Shown here: one piece after another, positions 29,559 to 39,237 of the stretch
How the letters are laid out: every line of letters starts with the position of its first letter
Numbering within the stretch: the stretch's first letter is position 1
DNA from: an uncultured Arcobacter sp.
GTDB lineage: Bacteria > Campylobacterota > Campylobacteria > Campylobacterales > Arcobacteraceae
NCBI GenBank assembly: GCA_965140705.1
Contig: OZ223300.1
Span: 256,001 to 320,000 of the forward strand
Direction: 5' to 3'
Length of the DNA: 64,000 nt
Made by a program: the position numbers and the translations under genes
The notes under the pieces: generated by a model
What the model was told of the DNA's origin: nothing
The model's database searches: none
The model's input: only the letters and a program-made list of their open reading frames with translations

Positions 29559-29903
29559 TTCTTACAAACTCTTTTAAAATAAATTCCTCTTCAAAAAATC
29601 TTTAAATAAACAATTTCAGAAATAAAATCAATTTTATAAGTGCATAATTATTTTATGTATTTTTAACAATATAAAAAATTATTTATTATTTTTTAATTTA
29701 ATATTGATAAGTAATTAATGCTTTTAAAGCCATAAAATTAGTATGATTTAAATATATGTAAAAAACATTTAAAATATTTCATTGAGTATTTATTTGTAAA
29801 TTTATTGAATTTTATTAAGAGATAAAATCCCTTAAAATAGGGATTTTTATTAAAATAGATAATAATCAATTTTTTCTTTAAGTAAAGTTTTATTTTTATG
29901 TTT

Positions 29904-29938
29904 TTTAATCACATTTAAATAATTTAAATGTGATTAAA
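29904..29938. promoter_or_regulatory. Perfect 17-bp inverted repeat upstream of TRAP operon
   Basis: TTTAATCACATTTAAAT-A-ATTTAAATGTGATTAAA. Confidence 0.6.
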
Positions 29939-29946
29939 TTTTATTT

Positions 29947-30002
29947 TTGTATAAAAAATATACAGTATAAAAATATTATTTTTTTATAAATAATGATAGG
30001 AT
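29947..30002 (+). promoter_or_regulatory. TRAP operon promoter: TTGTATA-N5-TATACAG box + extended -10
   Basis: TTGTATAAAAAATATACAG at 29947-29965; TGaTAGGAT with -10 at 29997. Confidence 0.6.
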
Positions 30003-30123
30003 TTCTCAGTTTGAAGTTATACATTGTTTGAATGATTTATGTTATTTCGAGGACATAAGTAATTTATCATAAACAATATCTACGAGAAGTCTCGATTAAA
30101 ATTTATACAATTAAGGAAATAAA

Positions 30124-31218
30124 ATGACTAAGAATAGAAGAGATTTTATTAAGAAAACTGGTTTGGCAGGAATTACAGCAGCAGTGGCAATTCCATCAGT
30201 TGCTAGTGCCGATTCTAAAAAAAAGTTTAGATGGAAAATGACAAATTGTTATGGGGCAGGGGCTCCATTTTATTCTACTGGACCTGGAAGTGCAAGTTAT
30301 TTTTGTAAAAGAGTTGAAGAATTGACAAATGGAAGATTGAGAATCAAACATTATCCAGCTGGTGAATTAATCCCTGCAATGGAAGGTTTTGATGCTGTAT
30401 CAAAGGGTACTATTGAGATGAACTGGGGTAATTCATTTTTTTGGGCTGGTAAAACATTTGCAGCACAATACTTTACAGCAGTTCCTTTTGGTATGACTTT
30501 TGAGGGTACAAATGCTTGGTTACAATTTGGTGGAGGACAGGAGCTTTGGGATGAGGTTTATAAACCATTTAATGTGATTGGTTTAGCAGCTGGAAATACG
30601 GGTACTCAAATGACTGGATGGTTTAAAAAAGAGATAAATGGTGTTAAAGATTTAAATGGATTGAGAATGAGAGTTCCAGGACTTGCTGGAAAAGTTCTTG
30701 AGCAATTGGGTGTTAGCGTTAAGTTATTACCAGGTGGAGAAATTTTCCCAGCTTTAGAAAGAGGTGTAATTGATGCAGCAGAGTTTGTAGGACCTTACCA
30801 AGATAGAAGAATGGGATTTCAAAAAGCTGCTAAATACTACTATACAACAGGATGGGGAGAACCAAGTAATACAACTGAGTGTTTAATTAATAAAGATGCT
30901 TGGGCAACACTACCAAAAGATATTCAAGCAATAGTAAAAGCAGTTGCATCTGAGTGTAATCTTATGGGGCTTTCATGGTCTGAAGCAAATAATTCAGAAG
31001 CATTAGATGATTTGGTAAAAAATCAAGGTGTTATCGTAAAAACATTACCAGATGAAGTTATTAAAAAACTAAGAGAAGTCACATTTTCAACATATGACAA
31101 ACTTACGGCTAAAGATCCTTTGGTTAAAAAAGTTCATGAGAGTTACTTTAACTTTAAAACTATTCATGATGGTTGGCAAAGTAAAGGTGAATTAGTGGTT
31201 ATGACTAAGTTGTTATGA
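30124..31218 (+). CDS. TRAP transporter substrate-binding protein (TakP/DctP-like, Tat signal)
   Basis: NRRDFIK twin-arginine signal; GLRMRVPG, EIFPALERGVIDAAEF. Confidence 0.92.
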   Translation: MTKNRRDFIKKTGLAGITAAVAIPSVASADSKKKFRWKMTNCYGAGAPFYSTGPGSASYFCKRVEELTNGRLRIKHYPAGELIPAMEGFDAVSKGTIEMNWGNSFFWAGKTFAAQYFTAVPFGMTFEGTNAWLQFGGGQELWDEVYKPFNVIGLAAGNTGTQMTGWFKKEINGVKDLNGLRMRVPGLAGKVLEQLGVSVKLLPGGEIFPALERGVIDAAEFVGPYQDRRMGFQKAAKYYYTTGWGEPSNTTECLINKDAWATLPKDIQAIVKAVASECNLMGLSWSEANNSEALDDLVKNQGVIVKTLPDEVIKKLREVTFSTYDKLTAKDPLVKKVHESYFNFKTIHDGWQSKGELVVMTKLL

Positions 31219-31727
31219 TGAAACAATTGGCACTTTTAGCAAATAGACTTGATACGCTTATAATGCGTATCGGTCAAATAACATCTTGGCTAATTTTTAT
31301 CTTGGTTTTATTAGTTGCTGGAGATGTTCTTTTTAGATATTTTTTTCATATAAGTTCTATTGCTGAACAAGAGTTTCAATGGCATCTTTTAGCAGCAATT
31401 GCAATATTTGGTTCTGCTTATACTTTTCAACAAGGAGAACATGTAAGAGTTGACCTTTTTTATCACAATTATAGTAAAAATGTAAAAAGATGGATGAATA
31501 TTTTAATTCCTTTAATAATAATTCTTCCTTTTTCTGCTTTTATAATTTATTTATCAAGTGATTATGTACTGCAATCTTATGCAAATAATGAAGTCTCACC
31601 TGATCCTGGGGGATTACCTTATAGATACCTAGTAAAAGGACTTATACCTTTAGGTTTTATACTTATTTTTATTCAAGGATTAGCGGTTTTATTAAAAGCC
31701 ATAACAAAAACAGAAAGCGAGTTATAA
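31215..31727 (+). CDS. TRAP transporter small permease (DctQ)
   Basis: EQEFQWHL, GEHVRVD, DPGGLP; 4 TM. Confidence 0.9.
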   Translation: MMKQLALLANRLDTLIMRIGQITSWLIFILVLLVAGDVLFRYFFHISSIAEQEFQWHLLAAIAIFGSAYTFQQGEHVRVDLFYHNYSKNVKRWMNILIPLIIILPFSAFIIYLSSDYVLQSYANNEVSPDPGGLPYRYLVKGLIPLGFILIFIQGLAVLLKAITKTESEL

Positions 31728-31730
31728 TTT

Positions 31731-33056
31731 ATGGATCCACAAATATTAGCAATTTTAATGGTTGTATCTCTTTTTACACTGATTTTAGCAGGAGTTCCAG
31801 TTGCTTTTGCAATAGCAGGGGCAGGTCTGTTTTTTGGAGCAATTGGTGTAGATATGAATCTTTTCAATTTACTTCCTGCAAGAATCTTTGGAGTTTTGAC
31901 TAACTATACACTTTTGGCAGTACCTTTATTTGTTTTTATGGGAATACTTTTAGAAAAATCCCGCATAGCAGAAAAGATGCTTGATGTATTAGGACTTTTA
32001 TCTGGTAAAAAGCCTGGAGGAATGGCTATCGCGATTATTGTTGTGGGTATTCTTATGGGTGCATCAACAGGAATTGTAGGGGCAACAGTTGTTACTCTAA
32101 CAATGATTTCTCTTCCTACACTTTTACGAAGAAACTATAGTCATAGTGTTTCGTGTGGTACTATTTGTGCTTCTGGAACATTGGGACAAATTTTACCTCC
32201 TAGTTTAGTTCTTATATTATTGGCAGATATTAGTGGAGAAGCCATAGGGCCTCTTTTTGCTGCTGCTTTAGTTCCAGGGTTACTTTTAGCTTGTATGTAT
32301 ATTTTATATATTGTTTTTTTGAGTTGGTTTTTCCCTCAACATGTGCCACCAATTGATATTGAAGAGAGAGAATCTTATTCAAGAAAAGAGTTATGGATAG
32401 AGTTTATAAAATCAGTTGCACCACCTTTTATTTTAATCTTTGCAGTTTTAGGCTCTATCATTGGAGGACTTGCAGCTCCTACAGAAGCTGCTTCAATGGG
32501 AGCAATAGGCTCACTTGTGATAGTTTTTTTAAGTAAAAGATTAAGTATGGAAGTCTTGAGGGAAACCTTATACGAAACTATGAAAGTAACTGGTATGATT
32601 ATGTTCGTTTTATTGGCTTCTCAAATATTTGGGCTGAGCTTTAGAGGATTAGAGGGAGATTATTTAGTAGAAGATCTTTTCGCCGCAATTCCAGGGGGAA
32701 TGTGGGGTTCTATTATTTTTATGATGTTTGTACTTTTTGTATTAGGGTTCTTTTTAGAATGGATTGAAATCTCTTATATTGTATTGCCATTGGTTTTACC
32801 TATATTTCATGCTTTGGATATAAATATGATATGGCTAGGTATTTTAGTTGCACTAAATTTACAAACTTCATTTTTAACTCCACCTTTTGGTTGGTCCTTA
32901 TTTTTCTTAAAGGGAGTTGCTCCTAAAGAGATAAAGACTATGGAGATATATAAAGGTGTTTTACCTTTTATTGGAATTCAGATTTTTGTTATTGGATTAG
33001 TGATGCTTTTTCCAGATATTGCTTTATGGTTACCAAAAGCAATTGGATGGATGTAA
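31731..33056 (+). CDS. TRAP transporter large permease (DctM)
   Basis: LLAVPLFVFMG, GTLGQILPPS, PTEAA, SFLTPPFG. Confidence 0.93.
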   Translation: MDPQILAILMVVSLFTLILAGVPVAFAIAGAGLFFGAIGVDMNLFNLLPARIFGVLTNYTLLAVPLFVFMGILLEKSRIAEKMLDVLGLLSGKKPGGMAIAIIVVGILMGASTGIVGATVVTLTMISLPTLLRRNYSHSVSCGTICASGTLGQILPPSLVLILLADISGEAIGPLFAAALVPGLLLACMYILYIVFLSWFFPQHVPPIDIEERESYSRKELWIEFIKSVAPPFILIFAVLGSIIGGLAAPTEAASMGAIGSLVIVFLSKRLSMEVLRETLYETMKVTGMIMFVLLASQIFGLSFRGLEGDYLVEDLFAAIPGGMWGSIIFMMFVLFVLGFFLEWIEISYIVLPLVLPIFHALDINMIWLGILVALNLQTSFLTPPFGWSLFFLKGVAPKEIKTMEIYKGVLPFIGIQIFVIGLVMLFPDIALWLPKAIGWM

Positions 33057-33108
33057 GAAGAAAATAAACTAATTATAATAAAATGCTACAAAGGATATTT
33101 AAATAAAT

Positions 33109-34701
33109 ATGGATAAATTACTTAAAACACAAACTTCACAAGAAGGAATGGTAGTCTCACCCCATCATGCAGCTTCAGATGCAGGACTTGAGATATTAAA
33201 AAAAGGTGGCAATGCAATTGAAGCTTCAATTGCAGTTGCTTCTTCTTTAGCAATACATTATCCTCACATGACAGGTATTGGAGGAGATGCCTTTTGGTTA
33301 GTTTACGACCCCAAAGAAGGTGTTTCTTTTATAGAGGCCTCTGGGTATTCTGGATATGATGTAAAAAAAGAGTTATATGAAGGATTAAATGAAATACCTT
33401 TTAGGGGAAAATTAGCAGCAAATACAGCAGCTGGAGCAGTTTCTGCTTGGGACTTAGCTTTTGAGAAAAGTAAAACTTGGAGTGGGGAAATGACTCCAGC
33501 AACTCTTCTTTCTGAGGCAATAAGTTCTGCAAATAATGGTATTAAAGTAAGTAAATCATTAAGTGAAACCTTAAAAGAAAAACAAGCAGAACTTCAAGCT
33601 GATACTTTTTTTGAAAGTGTTTATTATCCAAATAAAGAAGTTCCAAAAGAGGGTGATTTCTTAATCCAAAAAGCATTGGGTGAAACATTAAAAAGAATTT
33701 CGGAAGAGGGGTTTGATACCTTTTATAGGGGTTCTTTATCAGAAGATATAGCAAATGATTTTTCAAAAAGGGAAGGATTTATAACTCTTAATGATTTAAA
33801 TAACCATTATGCAAGTTGGAATAAGGCACTAGAATTACAAACTTCACAAGCAAAACTATTTAATGCTTCAGCTCCTACGCAAGGTGTGGCTTCTTTGATG
33901 ATTTTGGGATTATTTGATCGTTGGGTAGAAAAATTGCCCCAATTGGATTCTTCTAATCATGTACATTTGTTAGTAGAAGCTACAAAAATAGCTTTTTCTC
34001 ATAGGGCAAAAATGGATACTTCGGCAAGTGCAGAAGAGTTACAAGCTTGGTTGGAACCAGAATATTTAGATAAATTAAGTGAAAAAATTGATTTACAAAA
34101 AGCTAAAGCTTGGGGCAAAGAAACAGCTCCTGGTGATACTACTTGGTTTGGAGCTGTTGATTCCCAAGGTAGAGTTGTAAGTGCTATTCAAAGTATTTAT
34201 CATGAGTTTGGTAGTGGTTTGATGTTACCTAAGACTGGTATTGTTTGGCAAAATAGAGGATGTAGTTTTTCTTTGGATTCTTCACATATTCAAACTTTGA
34301 TGCCACATAAAAAACCTTTTCATACTTTAAATCCTGCTATTGCTTTATTTAATGATGGAAGAGTGATGGCATATGGAACAATGGGTGGAGATGGACAACC
34401 TCAAACCCAAGCAGCTGTATATTCAAGATATGCATATTATAATGATGACTTGCAAACTACTATTAATAAACCAAGATGGTTATTAGGTAGAACTTGGGGA
34501 AATTCATCTGAGAGTTTAAAACTAGAGTCTCGTTTTCCCCTTGATTGTCAAGAAGATTTAATAAAAAAAGGGCATGAGGTAGAGATTTTATCATCTCTTG
34601 ATTCTGCTGTTGGACATGCAGGTGCAATAGTATGGCATCCTAATGGACAAATAGAGGGTGCAAGTGACCCCAGAAGTGATGGAAAAGCATCAAATTTATA
34701 A
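33109..34701 (+). CDS. Gamma-glutamyltransferase-family Ntn hydrolase, HpxW (oxamate amidohydrolase)-like
   Basis: YPHMTGIGGDAFW, GDTTW (Thr nucleophile), QSIYHEFGSG, PFHTLNP, MGGDGQPQTQ, PRWLLGRTWG, GHAGAI; matches recalled HpxW motifs; no signal peptide. Confidence 0.8.
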   Translation: MDKLLKTQTSQEGMVVSPHHAASDAGLEILKKGGNAIEASIAVASSLAIHYPHMTGIGGDAFWLVYDPKEGVSFIEASGYSGYDVKKELYEGLNEIPFRGKLAANTAAGAVSAWDLAFEKSKTWSGEMTPATLLSEAISSANNGIKVSKSLSETLKEKQAELQADTFFESVYYPNKEVPKEGDFLIQKALGETLKRISEEGFDTFYRGSLSEDIANDFSKREGFITLNDLNNHYASWNKALELQTSQAKLFNASAPTQGVASLMILGLFDRWVEKLPQLDSSNHVHLLVEATKIAFSHRAKMDTSASAEELQAWLEPEYLDKLSEKIDLQKAKAWGKETAPGDTTWFGAVDSQGRVVSAIQSIYHEFGSGLMLPKTGIVWQNRGCSFSLDSSHIQTLMPHKKPFHTLNPAIALFNDGRVMAYGTMGGDGQPQTQAAVYSRYAYYNDDLQTTINKPRWLLGRTWGNSSESLKLESRFPLDCQEDLIKKGHEVEILSSLDSAVGHAGAIVWHPNGQIEGASDPRSDGKASNL

Positions 34702-34719
34702 AAATAAGGATAAAAATTA

Positions 34720-35526
34720 ATGAATGAATTATTAGTGCTATTACCCATTCTTTTAGCATCTGGTGTAATAGCAGGTTTATTGGCAGGCTTATTAGGAGTT
34801 GGTGGAGGTATTGTTATAGTACCAATGCTTTATCATATATTTATTTATTTAAATATTGATATTACAGTTGCAATTCCACTATCAATTGGTACTTCACTAT
34901 CTACAATTGTAGTTACTTCTATTATGTCTGCAAGATCACACCATAAAAAAGGTGGAATAGATTGGGATTTAACTAAAAGATGGATACCTCTTGTTATTAT
35001 TGGAGTACTATTAGGTTCTTTTTCTTCTAAATATATTGATGCTTCTACTTTAAAATTTATGTTTGGTATCTTATTGGTAGTAGTTTCACTAAATATGATA
35101 ATAAGTAGTTTCAAAAGTATAATTATAGCTAAGCAGTTACCTGGTAATTTTGGGCAATCGATTTTTGGATTATTATTAGGTGGATTTGCTTCACTTTTAG
35201 GAATAGGGGGAGGAACTCTTATGGTTCCACTATTAACGCTTTTTTCTTATCCAATACATAAAGCTGTAAGTACAGCTTCAATATTTGGTTTGGTTATTAG
35301 TATTCCAGCAACTATTGGTTATATTATTGTTGGTTGGGGTGCTCCAAATCTACCTGTAGGCTCTACTGGATATGTAAATTGGATTGGATTTATTGCACTT
35401 GTTCCTATGACTATGTTATTTGCTCCTTTGGGAGTAAAGTTAGCATATAGGCTTAATGTAAAGCAATTAAAAGTAGCTTTTGCTGTTTTTTTAGCTTGTG
35501 TTGGGGTAAAAATGCTTTTAGTGTAA
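34720..35526 (+). CDS. TSUP (TauE/SafE) family exporter
   Basis: GLLGVGGGIVIVP, GTSL, LGIGGGTLMVP, AVSTAS; about 8 TM. Confidence 0.9.
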   Translation: MNELLVLLPILLASGVIAGLLAGLLGVGGGIVIVPMLYHIFIYLNIDITVAIPLSIGTSLSTIVVTSIMSARSHHKKGGIDWDLTKRWIPLVIIGVLLGSFSSKYIDASTLKFMFGILLVVVSLNMIISSFKSIIIAKQLPGNFGQSIFGLLLGGFASLLGIGGGTLMVPLLTLFSYPIHKAVSTASIFGLVISIPATIGYIIVGWGAPNLPVGSTGYVNWIGFIALVPMTMLFAPLGVKLAYRLNVKQLKVAFAVFLACVGVKMLLV

Positions 35527-35540
35527 GTACTTAAATAAGT

Positions 35541-35572
35541 AAGACAAATAAGAGAATTCTCTTATTTGTCTT
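35541..35572. terminator. Perfect 32-bp palindrome between convergent units
   Basis: AAGACAAATAAGAGAA|TTCTCTTATTTGTCTT. Confidence 0.7.
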
Positions 35573-35663
35573 TATCTTCAATTCTTTGTTTATAATAAGC
35601 AAAGCCAATTACTGCAAGTGCAATAATTATAAATCCAATAATTTCATTTTGTAAATCTGACAT
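35562..35663 (-). CDS. Unannotated 33-aa membrane peptide
   Basis: AGGA RBS; MSDLQNEIIGFIIIALAVIGFAYYKQRIEDKDK*. Confidence 0.55.
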   Translation of the reverse strand: MSDLQNEIIGFIIIALAVIGFAYYKQRIEDKDK

Positions 35664-35682
35664 CAGCAAATCCTAAATTTCT

Positions 35683-35877
35683 TTAATCTCTTGTAAAAAT
35701 AAACGCAAAATAGCCAAATGCCATCTCTCCTAAGCTAACTATTCCCCACATTGGATTATAAATAACACCAGTAACAATAGAGATAACTAAAGCTATTACA
35801 AGGGCTACTTTAGGTTTTTCAATAAATTTTGCAAGGAGAAACCCAAGAATAACAAATATAAAAAGATAAACTAACAT
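35683..35877 (-). CDS. Small hypothetical membrane protein
   Basis: 64 aa, three hydrophobic segments, downstream of the kinase. Confidence 0.65.
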   Translation of the reverse strand: MLVYLFIFVILGFLLAKFIEKPKVALVIALVISIVTGVIYNPMWGIVSLGEMAFGYFAFIFTRD

Positions 35878-35892
35878 AATAAACTCACTTTT

Positions 35893-38148
35893 TTAGATCT
35901 TACAAAAATTATTGAATGTAATCTGGAAATATGCACCTATATACTGTTTTTTATTGTAAATATAAGTGCTATTAAAAACTTCAATTGAAGCATCATGATA
36001 CTCTGTAATTATTTGATGTGACATAGATAATCCAATACCTGTACCAATACTTTTGTGTTTTGTTGTAAAGTATGGTTCAAAAACTTTGTGTAGGATATTA
36101 TCATCTATTCCCCCTGCATTATCTTTAATTACCAATATAAATTGATTATTTATTTTTTGAGATTCAATAAAAATAAGTTTTTCATCACTTTCTTTTAATC
36201 TCTCTTTTATTGCATCTTTTGAGTTATTGATAATATTAATAAATGCTTGAATAATCTGATTTTGGAAACCTTCAATTTCCCAATCATCTTTAAAATTTGT
36301 AATTAATTTTATGTGATTATTATTTATAGATGGTTTTAAAATAGTTAAAGCTTTTTCAATTGTTTCCACAATTGAGATTGTTTCTTTTATATTTGTATTT
36401 TTTATAAAGTTTCTAAAATCATCTATTGTTTGAGATAAATAATTAGTTTGTCCCATGATTTTTTCCATGTCAGAAACTATTTGGGGAGAGACTTTTTCAA
36501 CTAATTCATTTTTTAATAAAATTCCACTTGCAATTGTTGAAATCATACTAAGTGGTTGTCTCCATTGATGGGCAATATTTCCTATCATTTCACCCATAGA
36601 AGCCAGTTTTGATTGAGATTCTAATAATTTTCGTTGGGATATATCTTGGCTAATTCCTAGATAACCATAAGTTTCATTGTCTTTATTTTTTAAAGCAGTG
36701 ATTGTCATAAGTACAGGAATATGCTCTCCATTTTTTGCGATAACTGTCCATTCACTTTCATTTTTTAACCCCAAATTTGTTTTGGCCGTAAATACTTCAA
36801 AAGTTGATGTTATATTAATATTTAGCTCTTTTGATAGATAAAATTTTCTTTGTTTAATTTCAGATTTTAAATGAAAAAGTAATGGAGTATGAATATTTAC
36901 AACTTCTTTTGCTTCATATCCCAAAACTCTTTCTGCTTCTTTATTAAACTGTTGAATGATTCCATCTCTATTTGTACTTATCATCATATAGCCAGAGTTG
37001 TCAAAAATAGTAGTTTGTAACTCTAGTGCTTTGTGTAATTTTGCTTCATTTTCTTTCTCTTTTGTTAAATCATAAAACCAACCGATAGTTGCATTTTGAC
37101 CATCATATTCAATATTCATATAAGAAGCTAGTAAAAAAACTTGTTTATTTTGTATCTCTACTTCCATTATCCTATTATATATGCTATTCCCCTTAAGAAG
37201 TTCCTTTTCTATATCTTCATATGCAGTTTTAGTTGTATAATAACCTTTTGGATCCATTCCATAAACACTGTTTTGATTTATTTTTAACATCTTAGAATAA
37301 GCACTATTAGCAAAAATCACATAATCTTTATTTTTTTTATTTTTTTTGGTGATTCTTACAGCAATAGGACTTAAATCAAGTAGATATTCAAGGCGATGTT
37401 GACTTTTTTCTAAAATATTTCTAGATTCTTTTATGGATAAAATCATCTTATTAATACTTGAAGAGAGTTCATTGATTTCTGTACTTTTAGAGTAAGGAAT
37501 AGGTTTACTTGGTATCCCATGGCTATTATCATTATTAATTGCATCAATAATATTTGAAATAGGTTTTAATATATAATATTTAATACTTAAGTACAAAAAT
37601 AAAATCAATAATATAGATAAGAAAATGGTATTTACAATAGTGTTATATATGATTATATCTAGCTCTTTATTTAGAGCTGTATCGCTAAGATAAAGGGTAA
37701 TAGTACCAAGGATATTATTTGAAGAGTCAGTGATATTTGAACTATTTGAAAAAAATGAATTTGCTAATTGTTTATTTTGTTCTTCATTTTTATAATCATA
37801 GTCTTCAATAACAGAATATTTATTTTTTATTTTCCCACTTATATAAACCTTTTTACCTAATACTTTTCCTAAGTTATAATCTTTTATTACAATTGCAAAA
37901 ATATCTTTATCTTTAAGTTCATTAGTAATAATTTGTTCATATTCATTTGGAGAGTATGAAGCAAGTAATATTGAGATATTATTTTTTAGGGAAAAAATAG
38001 CATCTTTAGAGTCCTCTTTCATCTCTTTTAAAATAGAATTTTTTGTTTTTTGATAAGTATATGTTGAATTGATTATCATAATACTTACTACTAGTGTAAT
38101 AATTATTACTCCAAGTTTTGTTAATAATGAATATTCTTTTTTTTCCAT
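35893..38148 (-). CDS. Membrane PAS-domain sensor histidine kinase
   Basis: 2 TM + HAMP, two PAS domains, MGEMIGNIAHQWRQPL H-box, DNAGGI, GTGIGL. Confidence 0.9.
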   Translation of the reverse strand: MEKKEYSLLTKLGVIIITLVVSIMIINSTYTYQKTKNSILKEMKEDSKDAIFSLKNNISILLASYSPNEYEQIITNELKDKDIFAIVIKDYNLGKVLGKKVYISGKIKNKYSVIEDYDYKNEEQNKQLANSFFSNSSNITDSSNNILGTITLYLSDTALNKELDIIIYNTIVNTIFLSILLILFLYLSIKYYILKPISNIIDAINNDNSHGIPSKPIPYSKSTEINELSSSINKMILSIKESRNILEKSQHRLEYLLDLSPIAVRITKKNKKNKDYVIFANSAYSKMLKINQNSVYGMDPKGYYTTKTAYEDIEKELLKGNSIYNRIMEVEIQNKQVFLLASYMNIEYDGQNATIGWFYDLTKEKENEAKLHKALELQTTIFDNSGYMMISTNRDGIIQQFNKEAERVLGYEAKEVVNIHTPLLFHLKSEIKQRKFYLSKELNINITSTFEVFTAKTNLGLKNESEWTVIAKNGEHIPVLMTITALKNKDNETYGYLGISQDISQRKLLESQSKLASMGEMIGNIAHQWRQPLSMISTIASGILLKNELVEKVSPQIVSDMEKIMGQTNYLSQTIDDFRNFIKNTNIKETISIVETIEKALTILKPSINNNHIKLITNFKDDWEIEGFQNQIIQAFINIINNSKDAIKERLKESDEKLIFIESQKINNQFILVIKDNAGGIDDNILHKVFEPYFTTKHKSIGTGIGLSMSHQIITEYHDASIEVFNSTYIYNKKQYIGAYFQITFNNFCKI

Positions 38149-38152
38149 ATAT

Positions 38153-39121
38153 TTAGTTGCTCTCTATACCCAAAACATTATGTTTAATAAAAGCAGTTTC
38201 CTTTTTAATATTATTTACAGTAATTATATTTACTGGAAGTTTTATTTCTTTTTTTACTTCTTTTCCTTTTATGTAATTATTCATTTGCTCTATAGCTAAT
38301 TTCCCCATATTAAAAGGTTCTTGTATTGCTGCTGCTAAAATTATATTTTGAGGGATTAACTCCAAAAATTCAGGTTCTAAATCAAAGGTTATTAGTGAGA
38401 TTTCTTTTTGTTTATTAAAATCATTTATTGCTTTTATGGCTGATTTATAAGTCTTTGAAGATTGAAGCCAAATAGCATGTAAATCAGGATATTTTTCTAT
38501 CATATCTTTTACTAATATATAAGTCTCTTCTTCTGTTCTTGTCTTTACTTGTTTTAAATCAGCACTTTTAAATGGAGACTCTTCCAATGCTAATATAAAT
38601 CCAGCTGTTCTCTTTTGTATTATATGTTTTTTTTGAGGAAGAGCTATAATTCCTACTTTACCATTTTTATAGCCTTTTTTTAATAACTCATTTGTAAGAT
38701 ATTTACCTAGTTTATATGCCCCAAGTCTATTATCTGAACAGATATATGATACATAGTTTTTACTATTTGTTCCTACATCAGAAAGAACAACTGGAATATT
38801 TGCTTTATTTGCTAGTTTTAATATGGTTTCTGCTGTATATGAATTTATAGCTGAAAGTATTATTCCATCTACTTGATCTTTTATGGCTTTTACAGTATTT
38901 TCTAACTCTTTTTTTTGATTATTCTGAGCATCTAATATTTCTAAATCATATGATAATTTAGTGCTATTTCTTCTAATTCCTTCTTTCATAATTTGCCAAA
39001 AAGGAATATTTAAATCAGCCACTAAATATGCGATCTTTTTAATTTGAATATTTTGTGCATGTAGATTTATTAGTAGTGTAAAAGGTAATAAAAATATAAT
39101 CAATTTTTTTTTTAAATACAT
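38153..39121 (-). CDS. Periplasmic sugar-binding protein (RbsB/Peripla_BP family)
   Basis: Signal peptide; NIPFW, DAQNN, VDGII, IPVVLSD, SDNRLGA, RTAGF, QEPFNMG. Confidence 0.82.
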   Translation of the reverse strand: MYLKKKLIIFLLPFTLLINLHAQNIQIKKIAYLVADLNIPFWQIMKEGIRRNSTKLSYDLEILDAQNNQKKELENTVKAIKDQVDGIILSAINSYTAETILKLANKANIPVVLSDVGTNSKNYVSYICSDNRLGAYKLGKYLTNELLKKGYKNGKVGIIALPQKKHIIQKRTAGFILALEESPFKSADLKQVKTRTEEETYILVKDMIEKYPDLHAIWLQSSKTYKSAIKAINDFNKQKEISLITFDLEPEFLELIPQNIILAAAIQEPFNMGKLAIEQMNNYIKGKEVKKEIKLPVNIITVNNIKKETAFIKHNVLGIESN

Positions 39122-39237
39122 TTGTTCGTTCTTTTTTAGTTAAAATAAAATTAGCTGATTTTATCATAATATTTAAAAAAATAATATAGTATTAAATACA
39201 TACAACACTAATATAAAATATTTTGTATAATGATATA

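Noticed and set aside
29947..29965. Reading the TGTATA-N5-TATACA box as a NifA, NtcA or LexA site
   Set aside because: Spacing is TGT-N11-ACA / GTA-N9-TAC, matching none of them; no sigma54 -24/-12 element seen downstream
30009..30094. Assigning the TRAP leader to the NMT1/xanthine or purine riboswitch families
   Set aside because: Only short fragments (GAAG, CTACGAG) resemble those consensuses; core architecture could not be matched by eye
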